From: Schmidtea polychroa
Lineage: Eukaryota
Assembly (NCBI GenBank): GCA_044892525.1
Contig: CM097885.1
Coordinates: 9,860,001-9,924,000, forward strand
Length of the DNA stretch: 64,000 bases
Direction: 5' to 3'
Part shown: piece by piece, positions 1-29,601 of the stretch
How the letters are laid out: each line of letters opens with the position of its first letter
Numbering within the stretch: the stretch's first letter is position 1
Position numbers and translations under genes: made by a program
Notes under the pieces: generated by a model
Seen by the model: the letters and a program-made list of their open reading frames with translations, nothing else
What the model was told of the DNA's origin: nothing
Database searches by the model: none

Positions 1-39
1 GTGTAAGGAAATAATCATAGCTAATGAATATAATGTTTA

Positions 40-205
40 TGATTTAGAAATAAAATCGATAACAGTAACTTCTGATATGGGTTTTGCTTGAAATTTAAAT
101 AACTTGGCGAAATCAATACCATGCGTTTACGAACCAGAATTATTTCCAGCCTTAAGATATATAAAATATAACCCTATGTGTGTTTATATATTCGCTAGTG
201 GTTAG
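40..205 (+). pseudogene. Divergent TATA-binding-protein-like fragment with in-frame stops
   Basis: Manual translation DLEIKSITVTSDMGFA*NLNNLAKSIPCVYEPELFPALRYIKYNPMCVYIFASG* resembles the second TBP repeat (YEPELFPGLIYR...IFxSGK); intronless over this stretch; 5' part outside the window. Confidence 0.65.
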
Positions 206-355
206 ATGTTTAATTATCACTAAATTAATTATTTAAAATATCATGTGATTGCAAATTCAGTGCAATTTAAATGCATCATTCTGATTGGTCAGTATCTAAT
301 TGACTATTATTGGTTTTAAACATGATGTTTCTTCATTTATTAAAATTTTTTAAAA

Positions 356-646
356 ATGTACAATATTCAAACCTCTGCTATAACAGCATTGAAAGAAATT
401 GAAATTTATGGTAAATTTCAAATTTTATTATTATTTGGATTTAACATATTATTTACAGATGAATATCATGCAATAATACTTGAAAGATTACACTTTTATT
501 ATTCACAAATGTATGTTATCCTGAAAGATCGAGATGGGGCAATAATTCCAGATTTAATCTACAACGAAACCAAAACCTGGATATTTGATATTATTAATAC
601 CTATTTCTGGGATGTGAAGATCGGAAGAACTATGAAGGAAGTGTAA
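356..646 (+). CDS. Small hypothetical protein, probably with a 48-nt intron (411-458)
   Basis: AAAATG start, GT..TTTACAG in-frame intron candidate, upstream TTCTGATTGG motif; no recognisable domain. Confidence 0.3.
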   Translation: MYNIQTSAITALKEIEIYGKFQILLLFGFNILFTDEYHAIILERLHFYYSQMYVILKDRDGAIIPDLIYNETKTWIFDIINTYFWDVKIGRTMKEV

Positions 647-2149
647 CCAAAATTCCCTTGCTTTATTGGATGTAGTTGTTGTAATTTCCGCTACCAAGGA
701 TATGTTGAATGATCTTTGGTAAAGACTCTTCGAAATTACCATTTCAGTTGAATTGTCTCAAAATAAATCTATATTTAATTATTTTTTGTTTTGTTTTGTC
801 TTTGTAGTAAATAGTAATAAAACTAGTAATAGTAATAATAATAAATAGTTATAAGACTAATCAAAACAATAAATAGTAATAAGACTAATAAAATTGTAAT
901 AATCAATCATAATTTAAGTTAGAAAGCTAAATGCAGCATAAGTGCAACTTAAATGCGATTTAAACAAAGACATAATTTAAACAAAGGTATACTTTATTCT
1001 GATTGGTTAATCGATGTTTTGAAGGTATAAAAGGACAGTTAAAACTTATTTTGTCATTAGTAAAAATGACTAAGAAAGTATCAAGCGTCGAAAAAGTAAA
1101 AGCTGTTGAAGAAATTGTGCAACCGGTTCAGTTGTTTCACAATTACAAAATATATTTCCTTAAAAAAGAAATCAATTTAAAATTGGTAAAATCAGTCAAA
1201 CTACACCAAACTCAATTCCAATTTCTAGCTGGAACTCTATAGATGAAGTTTTCAATAAGATAGATTCAAATCTAAAATGCAATCAAAACGCTTTCTTCAA
1301 TGCCCGATATGCAAGATATTATGACGGCTTTGCAGAAATAGGCTTTAAGAAACAGGAAAGCTGGTATCTAACAATTACAGTTCAAGGCGATAAAGTCGAT
1401 CAGAATGATGTGTTTTCTCCTATTTGGAAAATAAAAACTGCGCCAATTTCGCAAATATTTTAATAAATGTAGCAGTTAAATAAATGTATTTAATCAGACT
1501 TTGTTTGTTTTGAAATATAATAATATAAACTATAAAGAAAATTTTATTTCATTCGAAAATGTTTAAAATGTCGTCAGAAAAAGGTATAACATATAAGTAT
1601 TTAATGTACATTAATTTTATTTAGAATATTTAATAAACTTTTTGGTTCAACAATTAGAGGAGTTAACCGATATAAAAGTTAGAGATATAGTTACAGCTGC
1701 AGATACATTAGAACAAGAATTAGTTTTTTCTGATGATGATGATGATGATGATGATTCATGAATACATGAAGATTCTCAAGTTACTAAAGAAGGTTTATCA
1801 TATGAATCTAAACAAATTGAGCGACATGTGTGTAATGATTTTACTGATTGAGTTGATCACGTAGTTGAGAATATAATGAAAAAGTGTGGATATGTAGACT
1901 GTACATGTACTAATAAATAAATCTTGAATATGCATTTATTTTATCATTAAGCATAAACGCGCGTGTTAAACAAGGACTTGTGCAATAGATGTGCAATAGA
2001 ATGACGCGTGTGTAAAAAATTTGCTCTTAACTATTGCTCTTTATTGATAATTTTCCTTAACAGGCACACACACACACACTTTTAACCTAAAAACATATAA
2101 TTTTGATAAATTCTATTCAAATTATATTTGTTTCATTAAGAATTTCATG

Positions 2150-2830
2150 ATTTTACTCTTAGAAACGAAAAACGAAGAATGAACAATCGATGAACTGAAG
2201 AAAACGAAAACTTTAAACAACAATCAAATTTCAATAAAATCCTACACAGAAACGGATAGCAAGGTGATGACATTGATAGAATGAATGCTACCCCAAAAAG
2301 ATCTAGGGAATTAACATAAGATAATAAGAAATATTTCTATCTTGATATCCCATTTATAAGTGACATACTCGACTTCAAGATCTTGAAATAACTAAACGTA
2401 CCGGTCATCCAATTCAGATAGCACATAAATCTTGGACATTGAGAAAAGCTATGGCAAACAATACAAATAGAGAAAACAATTGCACAATGAAAAACTTCCA
2501 GACACCGAAAGATATGTGCTTTAGAAAAAACATCGTCAATTGCATCACATGCAATATATGCAAGGAAATCTACATTCGAAGTTCACTTAGGACCTTGCAC
2601 CAAAAAGTTAAAGAACATCTAGATCCTGGTGGAACATCCTCGATAAACAGACATCTCCAACAATGTCAACCAACAGAGGAAAGAACAAATATTTCAATAG
2701 AAATCATAGCTAATGGAAACATCCAAAAAAAATGTCAGATTCAAAGAAACAATTTTCATCATAAACAGAGGGCCAAAAATCAACACTAAAGAAGAAATCA
2801 ATGAAATGATCAATTTAATCAATTTGATCT
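2150..2830 (+). mobile_element. Penelope-like retroelement, GIY-YIG endonuclease remnant
   Basis: ORF 2439-2789 KNIVNCITCNICKEIYIRSSLRTLHQKVKEHL matches the VYxIxCxxC...YIGxTxRxLxxRxxEH pattern; frameshifted. Confidence 0.75.
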
Positions 2831-3366
2831 GTTGTCATTGACCTTGAAAATTACTGATAATATATAAAAAATATAATAAATTAAAAAAAGTAATAATTAA
2901 AATAATATAGAAAATTTTAGGAAATATACTTTCAAAAGATAGGATTTAAAAATCAAAATTGACATTTATTGAAATATTTAAATAGCGTATATAAATGGTT
3001 ATTGGAGGCTTGATTTTTAAAATATTTTGAAATATTTTATTATGCTTCTAGAAGCTAATAAAGTAGCTTTATAAAAAATTTTAGTTTGTGTCATTTCGAA
3101 TTTTAAATGATATTTATTTTTTTTAATTTTAATTTTAATTTTAAATAAAACATTTAAAAGATACAGAAAAAGAAAGTATATCATTTATATTATATTATAT
3201 TTATAACCATTGAGAATTAAGAAAAAGAAAATAAAAGAAAGATAGAAATATATTTTTGGGAAGAAGATTGCTAAATTCCAGGAGGTTGACAAGGACTATC
3301 TTATAGTCGAAAATCTTTTCATTAAATGCATTATTCGCAGCAAAAGGCTTAAATTATCATTTTATT

Positions 3367-3416
<50 letters not shown>

Positions 3417-5581
3417 TTTATTTTTGAACGCAGTTTATTATTAATAAAAATTTCTTGCATGTAAATGTCTTGCATGTTTTATTTATAGACATATAAATTA
3501 TGTCTTAAATATAGAGGGTTTAGGATTTGTAACATAGAGACTTTTATTGTATGCATGTTGAATTCAAAACGACACCAATATTGTATTGTGACGTTGCTAT
3601 GATGACGTCATCCGTGACTTTTTAAGCGTCAACTGGTAAGTGCCAAAATAATGCCTACCTAGCTCTGGCTAAAAACGATTTAGACTGTTTAAAATAGGTT
3701 CTATACGTTTGCTATTACACATGCATATAGTACCATGGAATTGTTTTGGCGGTTTAGTTGTAGGAATTTTATATTAACCAAGAGAGGCCAGAATATTAAA
3801 TTTGGCACGAATTCGATCAATCTTGTCAGTGAAGAATTCACGAAATGCGTTAGCAAGAAAAGATGTATCTGGCTGGTCAGAAAGAGAATATGTGACAGTG
3901 CGGTAGAATTTAGGGTTTTCAAGAGCGAGTGGGGACAATTGTATAGGTGTTGATTGGGTGTGAAACTTCTGGAAACATTGTGTTTTTGTTTACTCAGTGT
4001 TTACGCGGTTCTATTAGCGGGGCCTTTTTGACAGGGGTCGCTTTTCCCAAGGCCCCCTATATAAAAGGCCCTTTTATTCGGGGCCATTTTGCCAAGGGCC
4101 CTTTTGATGGGCCACCGATATACAATGTATATTATACATATTATAAAGTTTGTAAAAATTCGAAGGTTTTTATAGGTTTGAAGGTTCAGGACTCACTATA
4201 AACCTTCGAGTATATGATCACCTCTTAAACACCTTTCGAATGAACCATCGTTCAATCAAATCCACTGGCGGGAACTCTAAAATTTTTTAAAAATTTAATT
4301 TTAGCATGATTCATCGCATGACACATAGAACCTTCGGAATTACTTTGAATGACTCATATGACATTGAAAATGGCCTTGAACGACTCATATGGCTCTGAGA
4401 ATGACCTTGAATGAGTCGTACAATGAGTCATGGTCTTTGTTTCAATGACCTTGAATGAGGCCTATAATGATAATAAAAGTAACTTTAACAATTGAAAATA
4501 ATTATATTAAATTAATTCATTGGTAAGAAATGCATTTTTAATTTTCTTAAGAAAGTGAAAGAATTAGTAGAAAATGTGGTATCACGTTATTTTACGCCAA
4601 ATGGTATGAAACTTATAGTCATTACTCTAGAATCGAGAATTCGTCTTTGCCAAAACTTTAATTTTCCTATAGTAGCTTTTACTTTATCGTGAACCTGAAA
4701 TATTGAAACTTCTTTGCCTTACAAAGATAGATTGAGATAATTTAAAACAGAAAGTATATCTGCTAAGTATGCCAATTTACAAAGCCATTTCCAATCATGC
4801 AAGCAATTTTTGAGAGTAAATTTGTCATCAAGAAAAGCCAACGAACATCAGTATGAAAAAGAAGTTATGGTTATTTCCCATTTCTTCACATATTTCAGTA
4901 AAAGGCCGTGAATTTAAAGGTCGGCCTTTAATATAATTTATAATTTGAATACTTTCATCTAAAACTTTCTGCAAATCATTTGGCATTTTCCGTGTTGCTA
5001 ATGCTTCTCTATGTATGCAGCAATGTGTAAATATAGAATTTGGAGCTACATTCTGAATTCTTTTTAACGACACCTTTATGAATACCAATCATGCTTTTTG
5101 CTCCATCTGTGCTTATTCCAATACATTTATTCCAATCAATTTTATGTTCTAATATAAATTTATTTATAAGATCAAAAATATCTTCTCCTGTTGTGTGGCC
5201 TGATAAAGGTTGGCAAAATAAAAGCTCCTCATGGATTTCCTGATTTTTTTCTAATCTTAATCTTTGCATCATCACCGATCAATTTTTCAGCCATTAGGTT
5301 AGCGGAAGGTTTAATCAGAGTTTCACCAACCGTATCGGCTACTCCATATTTTGCGATTAAAAGTGAAACCCGATATGAGACTTCTACGATTTTTTCATTA
5401 CCACAAACTCTAAATCCCCGCATTACCTTTTGAGACCGAGGTAAATTTTTACATAAATTTTCAAAAAAATCAATTGGTTTATCTTTGTATTGATTATAAT
5501 TTTTTTCAAAGTGCCATTTTAAATTTGAAGGCTTCATGCTTTCATTAACTAGACTCTGTTCACAAATAACACATAATGGTG

Positions 5582-5627
<46 letters not shown>

Positions 5628-5967
5628 TTTGAACGCAGTCTATTATTAATAAAAATTTCTTGCATGTAAATGTCTTGCATGTTTTATTTATAGACATGTA
5701 AATTATGTCTTACTTATAGAGGGTTTAGGATTTGTAACTTAGAGTGACTTTTATTGTATGCATGTTGAATTCAAAACGACACCAATATTGTATTTGTGAC
5801 AGGCTTATTTTCATCACCGGCCCATGTAAATCCACATTTAAGATATTCTTTGTCATATTTACGAATTTTTTCGACAATTTTTTAGTGGATGTTTTAAAAT
5901 TCATAGTTGATTCTCTCTGGTTTGATTTGATTTTAAAATCATTATTTTCTCGTTCTTCATTACTTTC

Positions 5968-6939
5968 AGTAGTGTGTTTATATCCCTAACCAACACAACC
6001 CCCCAACAAAACATACCTCCATTACGCCTAAACCATTAGAAAAACAACCTAAAACTTATACTTTTATAGTATTTTAACCCTATATTTTTGAAAACAACCA
6101 CCCTTAATACCCCTAACTGTTTTAATCAAACTCTAGAGTTGATCTTTATCAGATTATTGATTTTAAATTATATAAAACTTAAAAAATTGAAAAAGAATAA
6201 AAAATTTTATGAAATAGTAAAACTGCTCTGAGAGGACAGTGGTATTTTTTTTCCCACTGTCCTCTCAACAGTTTTTTTTGATCCGGATCATTTTTTTTTT
6301 ATTCAACCTCTTTCGTTTATCGAATCTCTTCCAATATACAAGCTGGCCAGACTCATACATCAGAATCAATTCGATAATAGCAGCACACCTTATTATTCGC
6401 TTCTCGCTCGAACACGATTTCATTGGCGTTTTAAGTGTGCTGCTCGAAAGTACAAATGAATTCGAAAGTGAATCCGAAAGAGGTCCGAAAACAACCAAGA
6501 AATAAATGTGCACATTATAGAATCGATCCGGGGGTGTTCGAAAGACTGGTGGCGATAATTACCGGTTCGCCACCACACCCGTTTCAATATTTTTTTTTCA
6601 TATTTATGTTTAAAAAATAATTAATTAATAAAATAAATAAAATATACAAGATTTATTTCCTAAGATACCCACACTATATATTTTTTTAATATTTATTTTC
6701 AAAAATTATTTTCTAGGGTTATATCTTTGTTTGCTTCAATTTCTAATTCAATTTTATAATATAATTTGGCATTACAAATATCTATTGGGTTTGATGTTTG
6801 AAGAGATTGAAAAACTATATCACCCCTACGATTTAAGTTTGCAATAGATCCTGAAGTTGGCGAGATTTTTAAAATATCATTTTTTTAATTTCATGAGTAA
6901 ATTCTTTATTATAATCAAGATTTAATTTATATATATTTA

Positions 6940-6978
<39 letters not shown>

Positions 6979-7855
6979 TTGTAAAAATGACAAAAATTTG
7001 AAACCTGATAGCGCAGTGGGCTAGACTGGCACAGTGGTTCAAATAGATAGCGGTTCAAATCACATCTGAGGTTAGTTTTTTTTCAACATAAAATAATATT
7101 AAAAATTTGAAAATAATATTGAAAATAGTGTGGGTATCTTATATTTATATTTTATTTTATTTATTTTTATTTTATTTTATATATTTTATTAATTAATTAA
7201 TTTTTTAAACATAAATATGAAAAAAAAAATATTGAAACGGGTGTGGTGGCGAACCGGTAATTATCGCCACCAGTCTTTCGAACACCCCCGGATCGATTCT
7301 ATAATGTGCACATTTATTTCTCAGTTGTTTTCGGACCTCTTTCGGATTCACTTTCGAATTCATTTGTACTTTCGAGCAGCACGCTTAAAACGCCGATGAA
7401 ATCATGTTCGAGCGAGAAGCGAATAATAAGGTGTGCTGCTATTATCGAATTGATTCTGATGTATGAGTCTGGCCAGCTTGTATATTGGAAGAGATTTGAT
7501 AAACGAAAGAGGTTGAATAAAAAAATGATCCGGATCAAAAAAACTGTTGAGAGGACAGTGAAAAAAAAAAAAAAAATTACCACTGTCCTCTCAGAGCAGT
7601 TTTACTATTTTCATAAAATATTTTATTCTTTTTCAATTTTTTAAGTTTTATATAATTTAAAATCAATAATCTGATAAAGATCAACTCTAGAGTTTGATTA
7701 AAACAGTTAGGGGTATTAAGGGTGGTTGTTTTCAAAAATATAGGGTTAAAATACTATAAAAGTATAAGTTTTAGGTTGTTTTTCTAATGGTTTAGGCGTA
7801 ATGGAGGTATGTTTTGTTGGGGGGTTGTGTTGGTTAGGGATATAAACACACTACT
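5968..7855. mobile_element. Non-autonomous mini-Polinton with ~730 bp TIRs and 6-bp TSD
   Basis: Starts AGTAGTGTG, ends CACACTACT, flanked by ACTTTC at 5962-5967 and 7856-7861; contains MCP gene fragment (6703-6929, near-identical to ~62165-62392) and tRNA-like cassette (7002-7083, like 63203-63287). Confidence 0.92.
7002..7083 (+). ncRNA. tRNA-like Pol III cassette copy in the mini-element
   Basis: A box TAGCGCAGTGG, two B-box-like GGTTCAAAT, AACCT/AGGTT closing stem, followed by a T run. Confidence 0.5.
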
Positions 7856-8559
7856 ACTTTCATCACTTTTAAAGTTCAAGATTTGAGCCAACGATCCATA
7901 ATGTTAAAATTGGGGATATGAAAAAATATTCGGCGTGACTATCAAAATCAATAAGACTTAAAAATCTAAAAACAATTTTTTCCTGGTTAATATCTAAAAT
8001 TAAAGTTGAAAAGGAATTATTATAAAACAGTTTGTTTAAATTTAAATAAAGATTAAATTTATAAAATAATTCTAAAAATAAATTTAAAACGAAGTGATTT
8101 ACATTTTAATTACATTTATAGAAAAGATTTACTTTATACTTTGATTTTTAAACTTAGTTTATTTTTAAAAATATTTTATTGATTCGAAAATATAAACAAT
8201 AAATAAAAAACAAGATTATATTTATATTTTTATGTATTAATAAAATTTTAATAAGACATTTTAATCTAATTAAATATTTTTTTATTTATCTTTTAATATT
8301 TAGATAATAGAAGATTGAAAAGGCCTGCGTACCCCTAAACACTGCCCTATATCAACAAGTTTCATTTAACTTGGCTAAATTTGTTATAAAACCTATATAA
8401 ACCTAGTCACAAATCATAACCATTTTAGTGGGAAATATTTATTAGAGTTCTGTACAAAATGCTGAAGAACCGATTAAATTTGAGACATTGTAATTTCAAA
8501 GGCAAAATGATGACTTATTCCTAAAAACTGTCGCTTCGAAAAAGTATTAAGATTGCAAA

Positions 8560-9000
8560 CAATTTAATTTTTGCTACTTTAAATCCGGATACAATTTGTT
8601 TAGATAAACCTTCCTTTATAAGACTTGCCAGACAATGATACCAAATAATTTGTAGGATATGTCAGATTATGAACCCACTCATCATTTGTATAGTAGGAAA
8701 TTAGACTCTGTTATTGGTAAATTCAAGGACGAAAGGAGAGGGGTTAAATTATGATGAATGGGTCTTTCTTCATCCGAAGTGTTACAGACTTTTGAGAGGA
8801 ACAGAAAAACATGAAAGCAAATGTATTTAGATTAAAATTTACCAACATTGACTGCTACAACGAAATTATAATTCCAAAGGTTCGTCAGAAACGCATTGGA
8901 ACAAAAATTCATCAAATTTTAAGATTTAAAACAAAAAAATAATGACAAGTGAGTTTGGTCGATAAGAACCAGAGTTTTGCATACGGACATTATTACATAG
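8560..9000 (+). pseudogene. Decayed Polinton-type protein-primed DNA polymerase C-terminal fragment
   Basis: Frameshifted translation DYEPTHHLYSRKLDSVIGKFKDE...EWVFLHPKCY...KIHQI...SFAYGHY follows the pPolB C-terminal pattern. Confidence 0.65.
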
Positions 9001-10171
9001 CAATTTCTGAAGAATGTTATGATACATTAATATATGGTATGGTGATCTTGAAAAAACAATTCTTGGAAAAACATTTATTTGACTTCTATAAACTCATTGT
9101 GAAAGTTTGTCAATGTTATTTAACCCTTTTATACGGAGTGTACAATATATTGTACACAGTTTTGTGTGCTGAATATCTGTTGTACCTTTTCGAAAATATA
9201 ATGTGAGAAGTACTTTTTAAGAAAATTGAAATTTGTTCTAGTACATTTTAATAATTAAATTATTTTTTTATTTTTTTGCATAATTTGAGTCCCCTTACTA
9301 GGTTTGATGGTCTAGATAATTAATTTACCCACAGAATTAATTCCCGAATGAAAGGGTTAATAAAACTTGTATATAAATTGTGTCATTTTAGTTATCTTTG
9401 TAAATAAGAATTCAAAAACATTAATTATCATTTATTAAACATAACCAATCAATACAATATTGTCCACATGTAACTGCTAATAGTTCTGGATATCTAATTC
9501 TATTTTAGACAATATGTGTTGATAATTTCGAGAATTTTGGCACTAGCAGAGATGGATAACAGAGCGGAATAACCAATGTGGTCAAACACAACTCTTTCCG
9601 GCTTCAAATAGACTGCTAGGCAATATTTTTAACCTAGATTTGAGGATTGAGTATTAATCCAATGGCTCACCTCAAAACTGACTTCCCTGTTCTGTGATAG
9701 TACAAAATTAAGCACAAATGAACAACTATGGTAAAGTGAAGTCTCGACCGCTAACAGTAATAAAAGCCAACCTATCAATGTCATCAAATTTTACAAAAAG
9801 TTTAACAAAATTTAAATAACTTTATCAAATTATGAAAGTATTGATATTTACAATTTTATTTATCTTAATTTTTGAACTATGTATAAATATTCAGAAATGA
9901 ATTCGTAAATAAAAACATTTTAAAAAATACATATAAGTTAAAGAAATTTGATTCTGTTTGTTTTAATATATAAATTTAATCTAAACCACACAGAAGTTAA
10001 TTTAAGATTTTATAACTTTACTGCACAAGAAAATCTTATATTTTACAGTAATATATAAAGTAGAATTACAATATATTAAAAAAATAATGTTTGTTAATAT
10101 AAATTTTTACAGATTTACATATTTAAATAAATTTTGATTATTAATTAAAATTATTAATATTCAGAAAGGAA

Positions 10172-25760
<15,589 letters not shown>

Positions 25761-28435
25761 TGTCGAATTTTATGAGGGTAGCCATTTGTCTGTGACTTTC
25801 ACTGAATCTTAATTTTCAATTGTTTATTTTTGAAATAAATTTTTTTTTTAATTTTTTTTTTCATATTTTGTAAATATAATTTTTTTACAGGTCGAGGGAT
25901 TGTCTACAAATACTCGACTTATTAAGAAAAGGAATTGATAACTAAACTTTATTTGCTAAATTAAAATATACCGCATGTGAGTTGTATCGATATTCCACGT
26001 CTTCTACCCGCCGATTTTCGGAGACGCCTCAGTTCTAAATTCACTTCTTTTGTCAGCTCCTTGGTACTTCAATTTTTCCTGTTGGAGGGCTTGGAATTCG
26101 GTTCGTGCTGAATGCTAATATTTATCAATCAACATGCATTTTTATAAATGATAATAGGATTTAATCATTGTGTCTATCGTAATTAGAGGGTGGCGACAAA
26201 AAGCTACCTAAACTTTTTTATCGACTCAACGCTTCCATAATATTGCAAAAATGTTCCAGGATTCAGGCTTCTTTGTGGGCTTAAATCTCTTGCTGGGCAC
26301 CGCTATTAGGGTCTTCTAGCATCAGGTATTAGCCGGTTTCACAAAAGGAGCTTCAGTTGATTTTACTGGTATAATCTGACCCTTCAAATGGATATTAATC
26401 TCCCATTGGTTGAGTTGGGTTTCTAACTGCCGTATCTTGATGTTTTGCGCCCTCGTCTCCATCTAATCCAGGGCATCCTGCCACTGTAGCCTGAACTTCT
26501 CCGTTAGTTGGGTTGCGGCGTCTCAGGCAGCCTTCATATCTTTCAACAGTTAGACCAGTGAAACGGAAACTATATCAGTAGTAGTTAATATGATACATGC
26601 GCCTCTGAAAACTGCAGGCTAAACTTAATAGAGAAATATTTTGAATAATCAAAAAGAAATTCTGTGAATTCCTAAGGGATATTAACGACTAAGTCAAGTA
26701 TAACCATGGACGTCAATATTGTAACCCGTTTCTATGCCTACCCTAACACATTGATCCGGGTTGTGGCTCCTCTATTAATGACCCGGAGCTTCAATCCTGT
26801 ATCCGCGGTTCCAATTTTCCATCGTTTTGTTGTTTTCTAATCTCGGTTGCGAACTGTAATACTTCACGGTTTCGAACCGTTGTGCGATGTTCCTATACTA
26901 CAATCACATAATGGTTTAATCTATCACAATCTTTCCGTCTACTCCACTTAACGCACTCCTACCTCACTTTCGCTTCGTTTTATTCCAGCCACGACACACT
27001 GGTCTCATTAGTTGCATTGAATTGCGGGAAGATTTGCTTGAATTAACATCGCCAGAACAATGATATAATAACAACCACATCATATGTATTAAGCATAAAT
27101 ATTAAAAATTTGCAATACTAATTTATCAAAATTATTATTAAAATTCCTAATTTATTGGGAAACAATTTCAATCTCTTATTAAACAAAAGAAATCGGACAA
27201 ATGCCTATAAAATACTTTGCTAATCTTTTCAATTAGGATGAAATATCAACAGAAATAAAGCAGATTTATAGAAGTTTGATTTAAGCAACAATGATAAAAA
27301 ATAATCCAGAGAATCATTTAGAAATTCCTTGTTAGTTTTACTAATAAATTTTACAGTTAATAATATGAATGTAAGTCAATGTAGCACTATAAGTTGTTAA
27401 AATAAAAGTTACTGGATACCAGTATAAAGATCACTTATGTTTGTCTGAGACCTTGCAGCTACGAATAAACTTAAAACATGACGTTATTTCCAACCTTTCT
27501 ATTTAAAGTTAATGTTCCGCGGTTATTTTGTCTTAACTGTTAAAGCATGGTACGGAGACTCGGAAGCTTTATACATGTAGAAACTCGAGCATTATTCCTC
27601 GATTCTCTAGCTATGGTCCACTGTGGGCACAAAGCCATATATTGTGAACTATGCAGATAAACTGCTTACACCTTATAATTACTTCTTATAGTTATAATGT
27701 AATATTTTACTAACTCGTAGTTGACTTTGGTGGTTGTGAGCAGAAAATTATTATGATTTTATTTATTGAAAGTAATCTCGCGTTTGTAGTACTTATTTCA
27801 ACTAAATGTTTGGTCAGTTGATCTCTCAAGTCTAAATTGATAAAAGGAGATGGTACATAAAATAACTCGGAAGGAATGTCATTATTGGTTTTTGGAAATA
27901 CTGATCAAGATCATAGCATCGAATTTACCGTGGTATATTAGCAATTTTACGTGAAATTTTTAACCAAAATTAACATTTACATGAATGAGTAAGAGAACAC
28001 ATATGGCTGTTGTCCGTCACAATATGAACTACTGATATTTTATACTCAATAAATAAGATTTCTTTTATTTCAATTTTAAAATTGCCAAGTAATTATAAAA
28101 ATTGTTAATCAATTATTTTACATCTCATTTATTTAAAAATTAAAATATTTTTTTTTCCAAGCAGTTTGAAAACAAAAATTAAATGGCCAGAATAAAGTTA
28201 TTTTTTAAATCAAAAATTAAATTAAACACGTAATTATTAAATTAAATTTCCAAAAATATTAATTTGAAGAACGAAAATATAAATAAAATTAACCTTCAAA
28301 ACTTGTTTTAATATTAGAATTCCTTGAGCCGTTTTTCCGAATGTCATTTTAAATAATTATAAAATTATTTTAGCAAATTTGAATTAATTTACTTTATAAT
28401 TTTCATTATTTTTATATTATAAATTATTGCGACAA

Positions 28436-28944
28436 ATGAATTTTACTGAATCTCGAAAGTATTTTGTCCTTTTGGGAGCATTTCTTCTTCATTTAACAAT
28501 TGGCAACTTATATTCTTACAGTAATATTCTATGAGATGATAATAGATTTCCAACTGTTATAATTAAGGCAACATGTCCAAAAATATTATTAATTACATGA
28601 AGGTTTATAGTAAAGACAAAGAGTTGGTAACATCTAATAATCTCCAAATCTGGATTTTTAGTTTATCAGTTTTTGGATTGGGTTCATCTATCACATTGGG
28701 CGGGATGTTAGCAAATAAAATCGGTTCCTCATTAACCGTTTTGATTGGTGGATGGTTTATGAGGTTAGCAAGATATTGGGCAAAATTGTCTTAATTCTTA
28801 ACCAAATTTAATACAAGTTTTAACATTCTGTTACTGAGTTTCACAATGCGGACTTATTCAGCAATAGTTATCATTTCTTACGGACTCTTCAAAGGCATCG
28901 GATCAGGTCTCGTATACGGCGTTTCAATTGGTGCGGCTTTACAA
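28436..28944 (+). CDS. MFS (OFA-like) transporter paralog 2, first three exons
   Basis: MNFTESRKYFVLLGAFLLHLTIGNLYSY / NMSKNIINYMK...LIGGWFM / ...SYGLFKGIGSGLVYGVSIGAALQ; same intron positions as paralog 1; no downstream exons recognised in the window. Confidence 0.8.
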
Positions 28945-29002
28945 GTAGGTTTTTATTATGTAATATAAATATTATTACATTTATCGATTTAATGCACAAT
29001 TG

Positions 29003-29601
29003 CAAATGATAGTGGACAAATGGTAGCGGATATAATGGTAGCGGACATAATAGTAAGGGATATAATGGTAGTGGACAAATGGTAGTGGACATAATAGTAA
29101 GGGATATAATGGTAGCGGACATAATAGTAAGGGATATAATGGTAGCGGATATATTGGTAGTGGGCAAATCGTAGTGGACATAATGGTAACGGATATAATG
29201 GTAACGGACATAATGGTAACGGATATAATGGTAACGGATATATTGGTAGTGGACAAATGGTAGTGGACATAATAGTAAGGGATATAATAGTAGCGAACAA
29301 ATGGTATGCGGCCATAATGGTAGCGGACAAATGGTAGTGGAAATAATGGTATGCAAACATAATGGTAGTGGAAATAATGGTATGCAAACATAATGGTAGT
29401 GGACATAATGGTACGCAAACATAATGGTAGTGGACATAATGGTATGCAAACATAATGGTAATGGACATAATGGTACGCAAACATAATGGTAGTGGACATA
29501 ATGGTATGCAAACATAATGGTAATGGACATAATGGTACGCAAACATAATGGTAGCGGACAAATGGTAGTGGAAATAATGGTATGCAAACATAATGATAGT
29601 G
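29003..29601. repeat. 15-bp minisatellite (ATAATGGTAGTGGAC variants), resumed at 44320-44450
   Basis: Direct reading; array is split by the 14.7 kb insertion; possibly the repetitive end of the adjacent MULE remnant. Confidence 0.9.

Larger units (their letters stand above)
4560..8344 (-). mobile_element. Decayed hAT (Charlie/Buster, ZBED5-like) transposon interrupted by two insertions
   Basis: Minus-strand pieces MDRWLK (ATG at 7899), KYDKEYLKCGFTW, PLCVICEQSLVNESMKPSNLKWH, ISTDGAKSM, THCCIHREALA, IINYIKGRPLNSR; probable CAGTGTTTAGGGGTACG terminus at 8344. Confidence 0.85.

Noticed and set aside
6239..7644. ORFs over the structured module (also 63412-63814)
   Set aside because: Frames are not preserved among the three copies (indels) and there is no recognisable domain
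25890..27060. GC-richer segment, possible LTR or retroelement remnant
   Set aside because: No second LTR, TSD or recognisable protein motif found
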